Assembly (NCBI GenBank): GCA_965112155.1
Contig: OZ218102.1
Direction: 5' to 3' (one strand)
Origin: Podarcis liolepis
Taxonomy: Eukaryota
Length of the DNA stretch: 64,000 nucleotides
Made by a program: the position numbers and the translations under genes. Shown piece by piece: positions 14,359 to 28,040 of this stretch (position 1 is its first letter; each line of letters starts with the position of its first letter). Under the pieces are notes generated by a model. The model worked only from the letters and a program-made list of their open reading frames with translations. It did no database searches and was not told where the DNA came from.

Positions 14359-17300
14359 TACTTTTTAGTGCCCTGAAACCATCAATATGTTACAGTGAGG
14401 TTTCCAATTTTTGGTGACATTCACACATTCAAATTGATTGTCAGAGGCAAATTCTGTGAATATTTGAAAGCTCAAGAATACATCTTCAAATGTTGACAGT
14501 CACCTGTCAGCATTCAGTGGTGAATGTCTGAAAAGTAATGACATTTCTACATTTGGACATTCACACACATCATCTGAGATTATCAGCATTCACGTGAGAA
14601 TGTCAACATTCAGCACATTTTGCACTTGTACCATTTCCCCCCAGAAACCTCATTGTATAATGAGCATGTGATTTCTAAGGTAACAGCATTCAATTATACA
14701 GCTGCTGATGTTTATATTAAATATACCAGTTATTATTGCTATAATTCCCAGATTAACTGAATCAGAAAATAGTCTGTTCAGAGAAAACAGTCTCTGAAGT
14801 ATTTTATGGTCCCCAGCTGAAGTGTAGATTTAAATTCTGGAGGCAGAGTTGCTTAGAAGACAAAGCTTTTCTGTAAATCTAGTAAGTGATCTTAAGAGAG
14901 AACTGGGAGTATTGTTGTTTTTTTAGGATTTGCACAGTCTTAAACTCAGAATAAATGTTCAAGTAGCTTGTGGGATATGTGTGCTGAGCTGTAGAAGGGG
15001 TACAGAACTGAAAACAAATTGTGCCCTGGGTTTGCATTGATTTCATTGGATTGTGTGTAAACTACATTGGGATCACTTGCAATTAAGGGCAATATAGAAA
15101 ATATTTTTAAAAATTAAAATTGCTGAATTGTGCCCAGTATATTCCTTTTGATCCTAAAAAATAATGAAAAGATGAAAAAGGAAGGTCTAGCATGTATATT
15201 TTGCATTTACGTTGCACATTTGAAATGTTCAAAACAATTCCCATGCATTATCTAAATTAGCCCCACATCAGCCGGGTCAGTTTGCAGAGGAGCATGAGAA
15301 GACTTGTCTAAGGCAAGAGAGTATGTGGCAGAGACAGTATTTTAACCAGGGTGAATGTTATACCCAGCTCCAACTGCTTCAGCTACTACACGGTTTCTCT
15401 GCAGACCTTTGTGCATTTAGCATGAAGGTCTGAAGGGGATTTCTAAGTGAACCAGTCCACAATCAGGAACCCTGATAAGACAGGGAAGAGAAGACTTGTA
15501 AGTTCAGAAACTTTGGGGGCAGGGTTTGTGTGCCCCACCCGCAGTTCAACCCTTTGCATGGTCAGGCGAAGACCTTGACATGCTTAATGTGAACTCAATT
15601 GGCAGCAGGTAATTAGAGCATAATTTTCTGACGAAATCAAGCTTTTAAAAACAATTGTAAATTAAAGAAGGCATGCGCACACCAAACCCTGTCCTGGTTT
15701 CAACAAGAGCATCTACTTAGTAGTCATTCAGAGCCATTCCTTACCCTGTTGTGCTTTGTACACTTAGTAAGGTGCTTGTTGCAGCTTGTATAGCACATGT
15801 TAATGCTTTGCAGTGTCAGTAACAATGTCTGCAAACACACAGCTGCTCATTGCAGCATTTTCTGTTATCGCAAGTCTTTTTGGCTCCTTTTTTATCTCCT
15901 ATCATCCCCAAATTTGCCTTCAATATTAATTAAATGGCAATTTCCTTACAACCAGTGATCGTATTCGGATGCTTTCTTAGAGAAATCAGAATTGATTAAA
16001 ATAAAGAGATGAAGTTTTTTTTTTTATTAAAAATAATACAAGTGATTTGATTCCAGAGGTTTGATAAAATTAAATGGAAGATGAAATTAACTACTAATTC
16101 AGTTAGGGGCTTTATTATTTATTAGCATTATTAGGCATCCATGAAATTCATCTGAAATATCATATAGGTGTTCTTTTCAAGCTTGAGGACAAGGAAGGGA
16201 TTTTGGCCATTTCACTCCCTTTTGCTTTAATATTTTTGTACCAGTCATAGGAAGAACCCCTTTGATTATGTGGTTTGTTGAATCATATCTAGAACATAAT
16301 AACCTTTTAAAAAAATACAGAAAGAACCATGACCTGGAAGTGGAACTGTATCCACAGCTGACATCAGTGCTTACAATTCATAAGCTAAATTTAGACTTAC
16401 TGCATTCTTGTAATACGTAAACCATAGTTTATTTTGGTAAAATCATTTGATAAGCAACTGCTTCGCTCTCCCCTTTTCCTCAACTGATAGTGAAACTGAG
16501 AGGCTGCATAGGTCTTGATTCACAACACATTTGAGCCTACAGAAATCAAGTGCTTGCAATCATTCCTACGAAGATGACACGGCTGTCTTAATTGCCAAGT
16601 TACCTGCTACTTTTTGAAGGCTTCTAGAAAAGGGTGGGCACAATTTGGCTAAAACTGAAAGGAAGCCAGGGGGACTTGGTGGTTTTCATTAAGGTCCCAC
16701 TATATCCTCCTCCCCCCCACCCTCAAAAAATAATAATAATCAAGCATTCTCTAGTCTCTAGATTAATCAAGCACGGAGAACATTAACTGAGAAGATTAAT
16801 TTTGTTGGGTGAATAAATGTTAACTCCAAGAATATACTTATTTGGCGAAGGGGTAGGCTGCTTTGGTGCTGTTGTTCAGCTGTATTTTTTTAAAAAAAGG
16901 GTGAGAAAGAAAATATTAAAATATGGATTCTAATAATGAGCTGTAGCATTGTTAAATGGTTTCCTCTTATGGCCCAATTCCGTTTTGAGGACAGGAAGTG
17001 ATTTGCAGTCAAGAAAAATGGTTACGTAAATCTAGTCATGGTTTTCTTTCACATGAAGTGATGCTCAGGCCCTTTTCAGACAGGAACACAACAAGAGTAA
17101 TAATGTGTTGTGTATGCCCTATGTCTCCCCCTCATATAACACATGAAGACCCATGTTTGCTTGAATGAGGAATCTACCTGCGTCTAAGATGCAGATCAGA
17201 TTAGGAAGCAGGTGCAGATGGGACTGTCCCATTTCCTGAGGACTCGTAACTCAGGGATTCAAGGAATGTAGTTGGGAGCTAAGGTGCAGAGCAGGACTGG

Positions 17301-17819
17301 CCCAAGATGTTTAGCCGCTGTTGGCAAAATGCCCCAATGATGTCCCCATCCCCACTATGCCAGCCCCCTCCCTGCTTCCAGCCCCACCACCACAACTGCA
17401 CCCTTGCCTTAAGCTGTGTGTGTGCTGCCACCACAACACAGCAACAAGGACACACCAGTGAGGGCAGCAGCACTGTGGTGGCAGAATGGTTGAAGGTCCA
17501 GTGGGGATGACAGCAGCAAGGAGGGGGTCAGATCTGCCTGCTGAGGCAAATGGCTTCAGCTTGCCAGAGTCTGGTAGGGATAGCACCTGATGGGTCAAGA
17601 GCCACGCCTGTCTGTACACTGTAACTCAGGTTTGAATCTGGTGTGTGGGTGGGTGGGGGGGGGTGCTTATAGCAAAAGAGCAGGTCATGACAATAAAAAT
17701 ACATGATAAAATACTCCACAAAGTTAATTAAAAATCTTTAAACCAGCAGGCAAAATGCAGTTCATTCATCTGTTCATTCATCTGATAAACCAGGTGGATC
17801 CATTTGGCTATGGACACAC

Positions 17820-18220
17820 TCACCTTTCCTGAAGGCCTGTAGGAAGAAGTATGTTTTCTGCTATGCATAAAACTAATCATCCAGATTTTAAGGGAAGAAT
17901 ATTCCACAATTGGCTTGCCACCACCAGGAAGGCCCTGTTCCAAGTACCAGGTCTCCAGATTCCACATATAGCAAGAAGGCGTTTCCTGGCAGATCTTAAA
18001 TAATGGACTGGGCAATGCAGAGATAATTGCCCCTTCAGATAATTGATTCCCAGCACTCAGGACTTCATATGTCAACACTATAACTTTAAATTCAGCTTGG
18101 TAGCATATAGGAAGCCAGCAGATACCTTTTATAATTGATGTGATGTAGCTGTGAGTGGCCAAATCAGTCAGGCAGTCGCAATTTGCTCTGGCTGTGATCT
18201 CCAGGCCATTTTCAAGGGCA
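17820..18220 (-). mobile_element. L2-clade LINE ORF2 C-terminal fragment
   Basis: Minus-strand translation CWLPICYQAEFKVIVLTYEVL resembles the L2 motif LHWLPI..RI.FK.L.LTYKAL; boundaries approximate. Confidence 0.7.
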
Positions 18221-21200
18221 GCATCACATTGAGTGGATGTGGATCTGGGAGATCAGATTCTTACTCTGCCAGGAAATTTCCTGAGTGACCCTGGACTAGT
18301 CACACACTTTGAGCCCATACCACCTCACAGGCTTGTTGTTAAGGATAAAAATTGATAGCTCCCATATATGTCACACTGAACTCATTGAAAGGACAGCACA
18401 TGAAGCTGGTGAATATGTAAATAAATAGAAATAGAAATAGAAATGTGATAATAGATTAATGTTGGAAAGAACTGATTCCAATAAAAAGTTAGTTACTGCA
18501 AATGATTAAGCTATTAAAATTAATCTAAAATAGATTAATCAGCATGGCATGGCTGGGTTTTTGTAGGGGGGCAAAAATGCTAAATAATAATGTCTTGTCT
18601 CTTCTTTTCAAAAGCTATTTTTGCTGTTCTTTGGGCATGCATGCTAGCATACTAGCTGGATTTACAGACGCAAATCCATCAAACCCTTCATTCATGCTGC
18701 CTGCTATACCTTCTCTGATTCACTCTCCCTGTAGATCATCCTTCAGTTCCCTGGTTTCTGTGCAGAGCTTTTTTCTTCTTCCTCTCTCTCTGGTTTTGGA
18801 GGCAAAAATTAAAACAAAACAAAACCCAGAAGTGGAATCGGTTTCAGTAGCTCCTTTCCTGATTGTTGTAGCAATTGCTGACCTCCAGGCACTATGAATA
18901 AACAGCAAAGCTGGGAACAAAAGGATTCTTCTGGCTGCCATTATCTCACATTAACATAGCAGAGGCACTGCGGTGTGAACAATGCCATTCCCATTCACCG
19001 ATAATCAGTGAGTTCCTGGGCGTTTGGATTACCAAGGCAACAGGCAATGGTAGAATACTGGGTGGGTGTCTTGGTTCGGTTTTTAAAATTATTGTTATCC
19101 TCATTATTGAAGGATCAACTGGATATAGAATCCTAAGGTATTTTGATAAGTACAAGTAAAATTAATGCCTTGCTACTTAACGGGGTAAACGGAGAAATTT
19201 CCTTTGAATGCTGGCACATGGGTTGAATAAATCATGGATGAAACAGGGCTGGCTGATGCTGTGAAATGCAATAAAGATGAAATTGTGTATGTCAAGCTGC
19301 AAATGATTGTGAGCCATTTTTAGTGTCTTTGGAACACAGGTAACAGGTGGGATGTTAATAGCAGGTGGGATTTGTCGTAGGGGGGCTGTAGCAATGTGTG
19401 TATGTATATAGTCTACCTGAATGCCGGAATTGAGTGCAACATGAGAATCTTTTTTTGGAAGGGGGGGGGGGAGGTGATTCTATCCCATAATTTGAAAGTA
19501 TGGTAATAAATAAATCCAATATCTGGGGTGCATTTTCTGTAACAACTGTCTTCCTTTCCAACGTAGTTTTATCATTTTCCTAGCATGCTGTGTATGTTTT
19601 TCTGTGTAGCGTTTACATGGGCACCAAGTGTTTATGGGGTTGGCCTCAGCTATACACTCTTGGCTGGGCTCTAAAGAGTTCTTTGGGGCACACTCAAGAA
19701 CTTGAGCATGGCCACTGGCAGATGACTTCTTCGGCTTTAAACAGCAGACATCTGTGCCATATCACAAACTGCTTTTGAAAGCCCCTTTCAAAAGTGGAGA
19801 CTGCTGTTTGAGAAGCACAAGACCTTTGGTGTCTAGAACTAATTGTGCCATTCTTTGGATCCCAACTGTTTTGCTTCCAAATCCAGAATCATCCAAACTG
19901 AGCTTCTAAATAAAATTTCAATCTCTTTCCCTAATCTTAATTTAAGAGGGCTGGGTTCTGCCATCTGCTTGCATGATTTATAGCATCTTATTCTCCAAAT
20001 GGATATACCAACAACCTCATTAGGTCAAGGTCTTTATTAGGGTCAACTAAAGTATCACAGAATGGTGAGAAACCTTTTGAGTTCTCCATAAAATCAGGCT
20101 GGATGTTAAGCAAAGAGGGAAGACACATGGGGTTGGGGAGAAATAAGCTGCAGTGGTCACAGTGTTTAGACAATGTTTAGTAACCCAATTTCCAATAGAA
20201 TGGTATACTCTTGCTTCAGTGCTCATACTTTTGCTTCATCATTCAAAACATTCTCTAATAGAAAGAGTTGGCAGACTTAGACCACATCCACAACCCAGTT
20301 CATTTTGTTTCCATGACTTTCCGCTAACTGTTAAGTTCCACATTATCGGTGAACTTTGACACGATGTAAAAGCCACTTTCGGAACTCTAGTGGAATATAG
20401 TGGAAGTTTAGTACTTATTTCTGTGTTATTTGCTTCCAGAAAAAAACATTGTGCAGATAATATGGAAAGGAGTGCTATATTCCACAATAGTTCTAGAAGT
20501 GAAATCTCAAATATAGTGCAGAACTTAACAGTTAGGGAAACATCATGGGGGATTAAATTGTCATGGGAATGCAGCCTTGGTTTCCACTAGGTGCTTCACA
20601 GGTTACACCTAAGGATCATAATGTTTGCATTGGTTACAGTGAGTTTGTTCTTGGCTACAACTTGTGATTAGTGAGGAGAGAGCTTAAGCACAAGCCCAGG
20701 TTTGAATGAGACCTCAACTCAGCAAAGGGTAGGAGTAAAAAACACGAAGGGAGGAGTAATGTGGCTGTATACTGGGAGCAACCGCATAGTTTGTCTGTCT
20801 GATGTGCAATGCGGAATTTGCTAACATGGCATACCTTAGCACATAAGCCAAACATGTAAGTATTTCATCAAATACTGTGCTTAGGCTTTGTAGGTCTAAA
20901 TACACCAAATCTGAGGCCAAGGGGGTGTAAAATTTTGAGCATTTTATGCAGTGGATAAAATATTGAACATGGTGAACCAAGAATCAAATACTTACTCAAC
21001 CATGAAGTATTATCTTACTACATTTTTATCCTACTTCCCCCTCCAAGGAGCTCAGAGTGATGTACATGATTACATATTTATTTTCACAGGTAGAGGTAGA
21101 GGCAGAGGCATCATCTAGTGAGATTTATGGTTGAGTGATGATCTCCCTGGCCTAACTCTGTTATTGTACCCACGACACCACACCAGCTGTCCATCAGAAT

Positions 21201-24200
21201 AGTGTTTGGCTTTTGACAACTCATTCTCTTACATCCTAGTCTCACCTCAGAAGGTTGCTGGGAGGATAACAGAGATAAGGGTTGTAAACAGCTTTAGGAA
21301 AAGAACTCTATAGAAATAATTAATTCAGATTGGGACACAGAAGTCTCTATTAGATGAAGATTAAACAAAGTACATGTAAGAGACATGTGAATGAGTTTTA
21401 CAGAAACAGTTATATTTGCGTATCTCTCACCTGCACATAGTAAAAAAAAAGAAATTCCTCTTTTCATTTCATTGATAGGTATCCTAAATTGTCCTTATTC
21501 TTATTGTCTCATACCACAATGTGTGCCCGCATGCCTGTTTCTTCTACTCCACTCACACTAACTCAAGGATGAGCAGAAACCTTGAACCTTGAAATAGCAA
21601 GCTTTTGAAGTTAGAGATTTCATTCAAGGCAGGCAAAAATGTAGGCAGCTATGTTGATTCATTGGGGGGGGGGAATCCAAAAAGAAGCACAGTGTAACAC
21701 ATTTCTTTTTTAAAAAAAATATCCGCAAGAACAAGAAGGAGAGAGAAGAAAAAGGTGCATTTTTTAAAAGGGCCTTTTGAGGGTTTCCACTGCAATATGT
21801 AACTGCAGTAATACGGCGCAGCAAGCACAGGTTCTTTCTCCCAGGATATCTTGGAGCAACTTGAAGTCTTCTGCACTTGTCACAAATACTCACTGCATTT
21901 ATCTGCCAAGAATTGCCAGGTGTGCCTCCAGCATCCCCTTTACCAACAGCATCTTACTAGCTCATTACTTTGTAACTTTCAGTTGGTCCTTCCAGAGTTG
22001 CTAAGTTTTTGCTTTTCTTTGGAGCCGTATATTAATGCAGTCAGAAGATCTTGCCATGAGGCAAGGTGAAGCCACCATTTTGAGGGCCAGACTTGGAGCA
22101 ACAGAAGGTATAATCTACCAGAGTAGTTATCCTCAGCATTTTCCGTTTGTTTTGTTAAGGCTTGCACAAGATGCTCTGCGTGGGCACCAAAATGTCCTGG
22201 GCTGACCCTGCAAATGCCCAGATAACCCACTGTAGGCTAGAACCAGTCCCATTGCCTTTCAGAAAGGCACTTAAAAGGCCAATACCTCAGGACCATTGGT
22301 TCAAATGAACAAAGCCATGTGCTGCAGTGCAGTAGAAGACAACTTCCTCACCTCAGTCACTGCCTAAAGGAAAATTCTTTACTGCCCCCCTCCAAGTGTA
22401 AGAGTCTGACTCTAGGAATAGTCAAAAGGAATTCACCAATGGAATTGTCATCCTGGAACTCTCCGCTTCAGAAAGCAGGCAGGGCCCCAAAGGCACAACA
22501 AGGGCATGTCCTTTACCCTACATTCTCTAGGCACAGACCCATGCGCCAGGGCAAAACAAAAATTAAAAGTGCTCAGACACAGACCTGCAAAGCCCAGACC
22601 TGTGGCTAGAAATGCAGAACAAAGCCAAGTGTGGATGAGCCCTTAGTCACAGTTCTCATCATGTACTATCTTAAGATGCTGGCAGGTTTGGTTAAGATAT
22701 ACCTGTTTCTCTTTAGTGAACAGGAAGGTTAATGTCCGGTGACTTTTCCAGCGTATTGGGTCAAGTCCATGTTTCAGGCATGTGTAAGTGAGAGCAAGTC
22801 AAGTGCAATTCGCATCTCACAATCATGAGAAATCTATTGACCTGGTTACCATACATCACAGTTAAAGAGGTTTGGTTTATTAGTTGGTGTCAGTGTACAG
22901 ATGATTCCATCATTTCTTTCCTGAAGTCAGCTTACTCTTCCTCTGAAACTTTTGAACACAGTTTGAATTTCTTAAAATGAATGTACAATGTACTAGTAGC
23001 AGGAACAGTTAAATGGTGCAGAAAAATTTAAATTAGCTTGCTTCTGGTATGTTGTAGTTCACTGCAGTTCATTTCTGAGGTGTATATGAAGAGCTTTTCA
23101 GAAGAGTCAGTATATCTTGCTTTATTATAAACGGGCAAGATGACCCGTAAATGATGAGAATGTTTGAAGGCTGCAGCATTTAAAATCTGAAGTTTTCAGA
23201 TATGTAAATAGTGAGATGAACACAAGGGAGAGGGTGGTTTATTGAGTGTTGCTGTCAGTGTGCCCTTAAATCTGTATTGAGAAACTTTTCTTCATTGCTA
23301 TTCCTAGTAGGATTGGGCTCTTCCAACTGAAGGGTAATATAACTACTAAATAAATAAAAAAAACACATCTTCAAAACATAGTCTGTTACCTTACTTTTTC
23401 TCTCAGGTTGTGAGGTTTGTCTGCTGACTTTTTTAAAAAGATAGAAGAATATCCAATTCTACCATTGACAGTCCATTTCAGCAGGAGTGGTTTTCAGGCT
23501 TTCTTGCTTTAGATAACACTTTGCCTAATTATTTGAAGAGCCCCATACATCTACAAAGGAACCACTACATTTTTCTGAAGGCTCTGAAGGATATTTTAAA
23601 TCCGTGTTTCCCAAACGGGGGCCATATTGCCCTCGGGGGAAGGCAGGATATCCCAAGGGGGGCACAGGTGAAAAATGCATAAAGAGGTGGCAGAGCACAA
23701 GGCTAGGGTGTCACAGACAGAAGTGAGAAGTGAAGGGCGGGAATCATTTAAATCCTGATTGGCTGGCTATCCACTTGGCCAATCACAAGCATGTAAGGGG
23801 GCGGCCCACCAGGGCCTAGCGCTCCTTTTTGCCATGTGAGTTTTCTTGGAGCAGTCCTGGTTTGTTTCCGGCAGGAGAGGGTGATCGCTGAGGCTCCTGT
23901 TTTGACCAGTAGAGCCCACGATCCAGAACTCTGAAGTCAGGTAAGTGTAATGGTGGGTTGTTGCTACCGCCAGTGCTGGGCAGATGTTGCCAAGGGGCAC
24001 AGGGCCTGTTGACAGCATTGGCCAGGCTCTGCAAGGTGCGGGGTGAAATTGACCCCAGCACCTAGCCAAGCGGGCTTGTCTAACTTGCATCTAGTAAATA
24101 ACTGTCTACTCAGAAGAAAACCACACTGAGTTCAGTGGGCTTTACACCCAGGTCAGGGTGTGGAGGGCTATAGTGTTTTATCTAGGCAGCCAGGGCTCCT

Positions 24201-24327
24201 CTGGATGACAAGATCTTTTTGCACCAGGTCAGTGAGGAGCACTTGCTTTTTAAAATTCTCTCATATATACAGAACTCCCTGTGTGCCTTTTGGACTGTAT
24301 CTGTAGATTTCCACCTCTGTGTCAAAT

Positions 24328-24662
24328 AACCACAGAGCCTAGGGCTTGCCGATCGGAAGGTCAGCAGTTCGAATCCCCGCGACGGGGTGAGCTCCCGTTC
24401 CTCGGTCCCAGCTCCTGCCAACCTAGCAGTTCGAAAGCACGTCAAAGTGCAAGTAGATAAATAGGTACCACTCCAGCGGGAAGGTAAACGGCATTTCTGT
24501 GTGCTGCTCTGGTTCACCAGAAGCGGCTTAGTCATGCTGGCCACATGACCCGGAAGCTGTCTGCGGACAAACGCCAGCTCCCTCGGCCTATAGAGTGAGA
24601 TGAGCACGCAACCCCAGAGTCATCCACAACTAGACCTAACAGTCAGGGGTACCTTTAGCTTT
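24328..24662 (+). mobile_element. Sauria SINE (lacertid/POM type), 5'-truncated
   Basis: ccacagagcctagggcttgccgatcggaaggtc...gttcgaatccccgcgacggggtgagctcccg...ctagcagttcgaaagcacgtcaaagtgcaagtagataaataggtacc...ggggtacctttagcttta tail. Confidence 0.92.
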
Positions 24663-24696
24663 ATTTTTTATAATACATGGAAGATGGATCTCCCAT

Positions 24697-24847
24697 GGGA
24701 GGTTGTGGACTCTCCTTTCATTGGGGTTTCTAGGTTGGATGGTTGGATGGCCATCTGTCATGGATGCGTTAGCTGAGTTTCCTACATTGCAGGGGGTGGC
24801 ACTGGAAAGTTGACCCTTGGGGTTCCTTCCAGCTCTGTGATTCTATG
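24697..24847 (+). mobile_element. CR1 LINE 3' end
   Basis: tgcaggggg...gacccttggggttccttccagctctgtgattctatg; ATTCTRTG tail typical of CR1. Confidence 0.75.
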
Positions 24848-24990
24848 TTTTTCTGCTTCAACAATATTTCATTATGTTCCTATCATTTTATGTAATTGTA
24901 TTTTGTATAAATTATTTAAAAATATATATAAAATGTTCTATTTACAAACAAAACATTTAAATAGCTACCTTTCTACCAGTAGGGCATGGG

Positions 24991-25097
24991 CATGGGTGCA
25001 GCCAGGATTGTTGTCAGGGGGGCAGGCAGAACCTCAGATTTGTATTGATTTTTACTTACTGGGGGACAGCTACCCTGCCCCCTTGGCTATGCCCATG
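24991..25097. mobile_element. Short MITE, possibly PIF/Harbinger-like
   Basis: TIR catgggtgcagcca / tggctatgcccatg, GGG on both flanks. Confidence 0.6.
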
Positions 25098-27944
25098 GGG
25101 GGGCACAGGAAGGAAACAAGGTTGAAAGGGGACCACAGTCAGAAGAAGGATGGGAAACACTGTTTTAAAGTAGGCACATGAGGCATTGCCCAGGCCCGTT
25201 TTTGTTAGGGAGGCCCATTGAATGAAGCATGCTACCAAAAAATCTCATGTGGCTCTGCATGGCAGGGATGGATTTGGTTGTGATAAAGACGTTGTCTTGG
25301 GCAGCTTGCCCATGTTTCCTGATTTTCCCATTGAAGAACTCTAGAGGTCCCCAGAACACAGTTTGAAAAACACAGCAATAAAGAACCAAGCTTTTGAAGC
25401 TTTCAGTGGTTTTTAAAAGATGGAATCTTGACAAGTACAATTTTTTCTCAGTCCTGCAGCGGTAGTATGACTTGTCAGGCTGCATGTGCCAAAGTTTCCT
25501 CTTCTGCACAACTGGTACAGAGACAAGAGAAATGTCTTCTGTAGCATCTTGTCATCTAAGCCCCCCTTCTGGCATTATCCTGGCAGCAAGGAAGTTGCTG
25601 CTTTTCATGCTGCCCTAATAATGCCTGGAGCCCAAGGCAACCTGGGAGGAGTCAGGGATTCAGCTAGTTCCTTCCTGGGAGCTGTAAGAAGGAGCTGCCT
25701 CATTGATTAGGATTCCCAGCATAAGAGGAGCAGTGCAAGGAGCCAATTCCAGAAGAGACTTTACATTTACCTCTTTGCAACAGGATGTACTACAGAGCAC
25801 CCCAAGGTCCTCACCTGAGCTCAGTGAATTTGAGTAGGGTGAGGAAGGGACGTTTCTAGTAATTTATAAATTTTATTTAGACACAGAAGGGATGAGGGCA
25901 GTATTTAACCTCACAACAACCTTGTGAGAGGAGTTAGGCAAAGGAAAGGTGAGTCACCCACAGCTCATCATAGATTTGAACTCAAGTCTCTTGGGTCAAA
26001 GTTCAACACACTAAGCAATACGCCACACTGGCTCTCCTCAAAGTTAATTGGATTACAGTTAGTTTTATCTTATATTGGCAGGTTTCTTATAGTTCAATTT
26101 TTTAGAATGATTTTTTTTTAATGTCAAGTCCCTGTTGAACACTCTAGTGTATCTGGTCTGGTCACAGTACACTGGTTTCAGTCAGTGGCATATGACGCAT
26201 AAGGGAGAGATGTGGCTGGTGTCTTCTTCGGCTATACCTGGTATCCCCTGGCATGGGGATCAGGTCCACTCTAGTGCTCACTTTGTCCTCCACCTTTCCC
26301 CTGGCCTCCTTTCCTAGTTCTGTCTCTCTCCCCTAACCTCCCATCCTGCTTTCCCCCTATCAAGCTCTCACTTCGGAGACAGCGGCTATAGCTCCCTGAG
26401 GCAGCCCATGCCTTGCACATGGTTCAGTCCCTGGCATTTCCAATTACAGATATCGGGTATCAAGGGTGTGGGAAACCCATTACTGAAACCCTGGGGAGCT
26501 GCTGTCAATGAGTAGTCAACACTGGGCAAGATGAGCCAGTGGTCAGACTCCGTTTGGGGCAGATTTTCATGCTTATATGCTCAACTGGTCTGTCATACAC
26601 ATACACTCTAGTCCTCTGTGCTGTTTCTCGCTTTGCTTCTGAGAAAGCCTCCAGTCTTCTTGGCATACCAGGCAGAGTGAGAACGATGGCATAATCACTT
26701 CACTGGGCGTTTCAGAATGCTCTGCACTCCAGCACATGCCTGCCTGAGCCAGCCTCTGGCACCAGCCCTCACAGTTACGGATTAACCCTACTCTCCAATT
26801 GTTTTACTACCTACATTACTTGTTTCCCCATCAGAGCTGCTAAGTGGTTAATGTCCAGTGTTGTGACTCTGAGATTAATACTGTTTTTCACAGATGTCTT
26901 TGGGAATGTCAGATTCCTCTCGCATCAATTCGCATAGTCTGCAGTTTCAAACCGCAACCCCAATGTTTATTTCAAAGTGTTTCCCTTGTGTCTTGGGGCA
27001 GAACTACATATTCTGGAAGCCGCCCAGAGTGGCTGGGGAAACCCAGCCAGATGGGCAGGGTATAAATGAAAAAAGTATTATTATGAGCAAGATGATAGGC
27101 ATCCCCATGTCAAGTACTCTCCCTTTATACCTGTAACATGGTGTCATGGTGTCATGGTTGCAGCATTGTGTGTCTCTCTTCACCCAGTCCATGCTATTGG
27201 CTGCTGCTGCTGGTAGCGCCGGATTTAGGGTTGTGTGGGATGTTCCCCTGCACAGGGTGCGCAAAATGGCAACAACAATTTATACAACTACCTACTGAGA
27301 AGATCAATTTAAAAAGCAACTGCACCAAAAGTAATTACTGCGAAAATAATAAATATTGGGGGAGGGGGGAGGCACCAAGTTTTGCCCTTGCTCAGGGCAC
27401 CGTATTACCAAAGTCTGCCCCTGCTGCTGTCAAACGCAGGGAGGTGCACATGATGATGCCATGACATGGGATAAGCAATATTATATGTTGCAGGAAAAAA
27501 CTCAATGTGAATATGGTATTTTCAGAACAGCACCCCCACACCCCCTGTATTGTGTAGATACATATCAGACTGTAGTTTATTCTTTGTGTGTTAGTGAGTA
27601 TGTAACAAAATATTAGCAATTTATCTAGCTTTGTGATTTGCTAATGTGCTCCTTTTCCTCTTTGGTGGTAAAGTAACGGAGGCTGATTAGATAATACTGC
27701 AATTTTCCTGTTTGAAAGCAAAGATAAGTTGGATGAAGTGAGGAAAGCCAAGAGTGAGTGAGTGTGTGTGTGTGTGCTTGCCTGCCCATTGTCTGGAGTA
27801 GCTATAAGCATAACTTAGCCCCAGATCATAGATGACATCATTGTGAGGACCACATGCAAAACAGGGTAATCAATGTGCTTTGTTAGGGCTTTCAATTTTT
27901 ATTCTGGACCTACACTTTCCCTTCTGATTCATAGGTGCATATGT

Positions 27945-28040
27945 GACGGCTGCCATCTTGACAGACCCCAGAGATTGAAACGGGGACCTCCAGAGCTGAA
28001 AGCGTGAGTCTCTACAGCTTGCGCTAAAGAGCCAGGCTCT
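27945..28040 (-). mobile_element. tRNA-derived SINE head
   Basis: Minus strand reads ggctctttagcgcaagctgtagag...ggaggtccccgtttcaatctc, with A/B-box-like motifs. Confidence 0.55.

Larger units (their letters stand above)
23602..25162. mobile_element. Probable hAT element containing nested insertions
   Basis: Ends ccgtgtttccca / tgggaaacactg; flanks TTTTAAAT and TTTTAAAG (7/8 TSD match). Confidence 0.55.
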
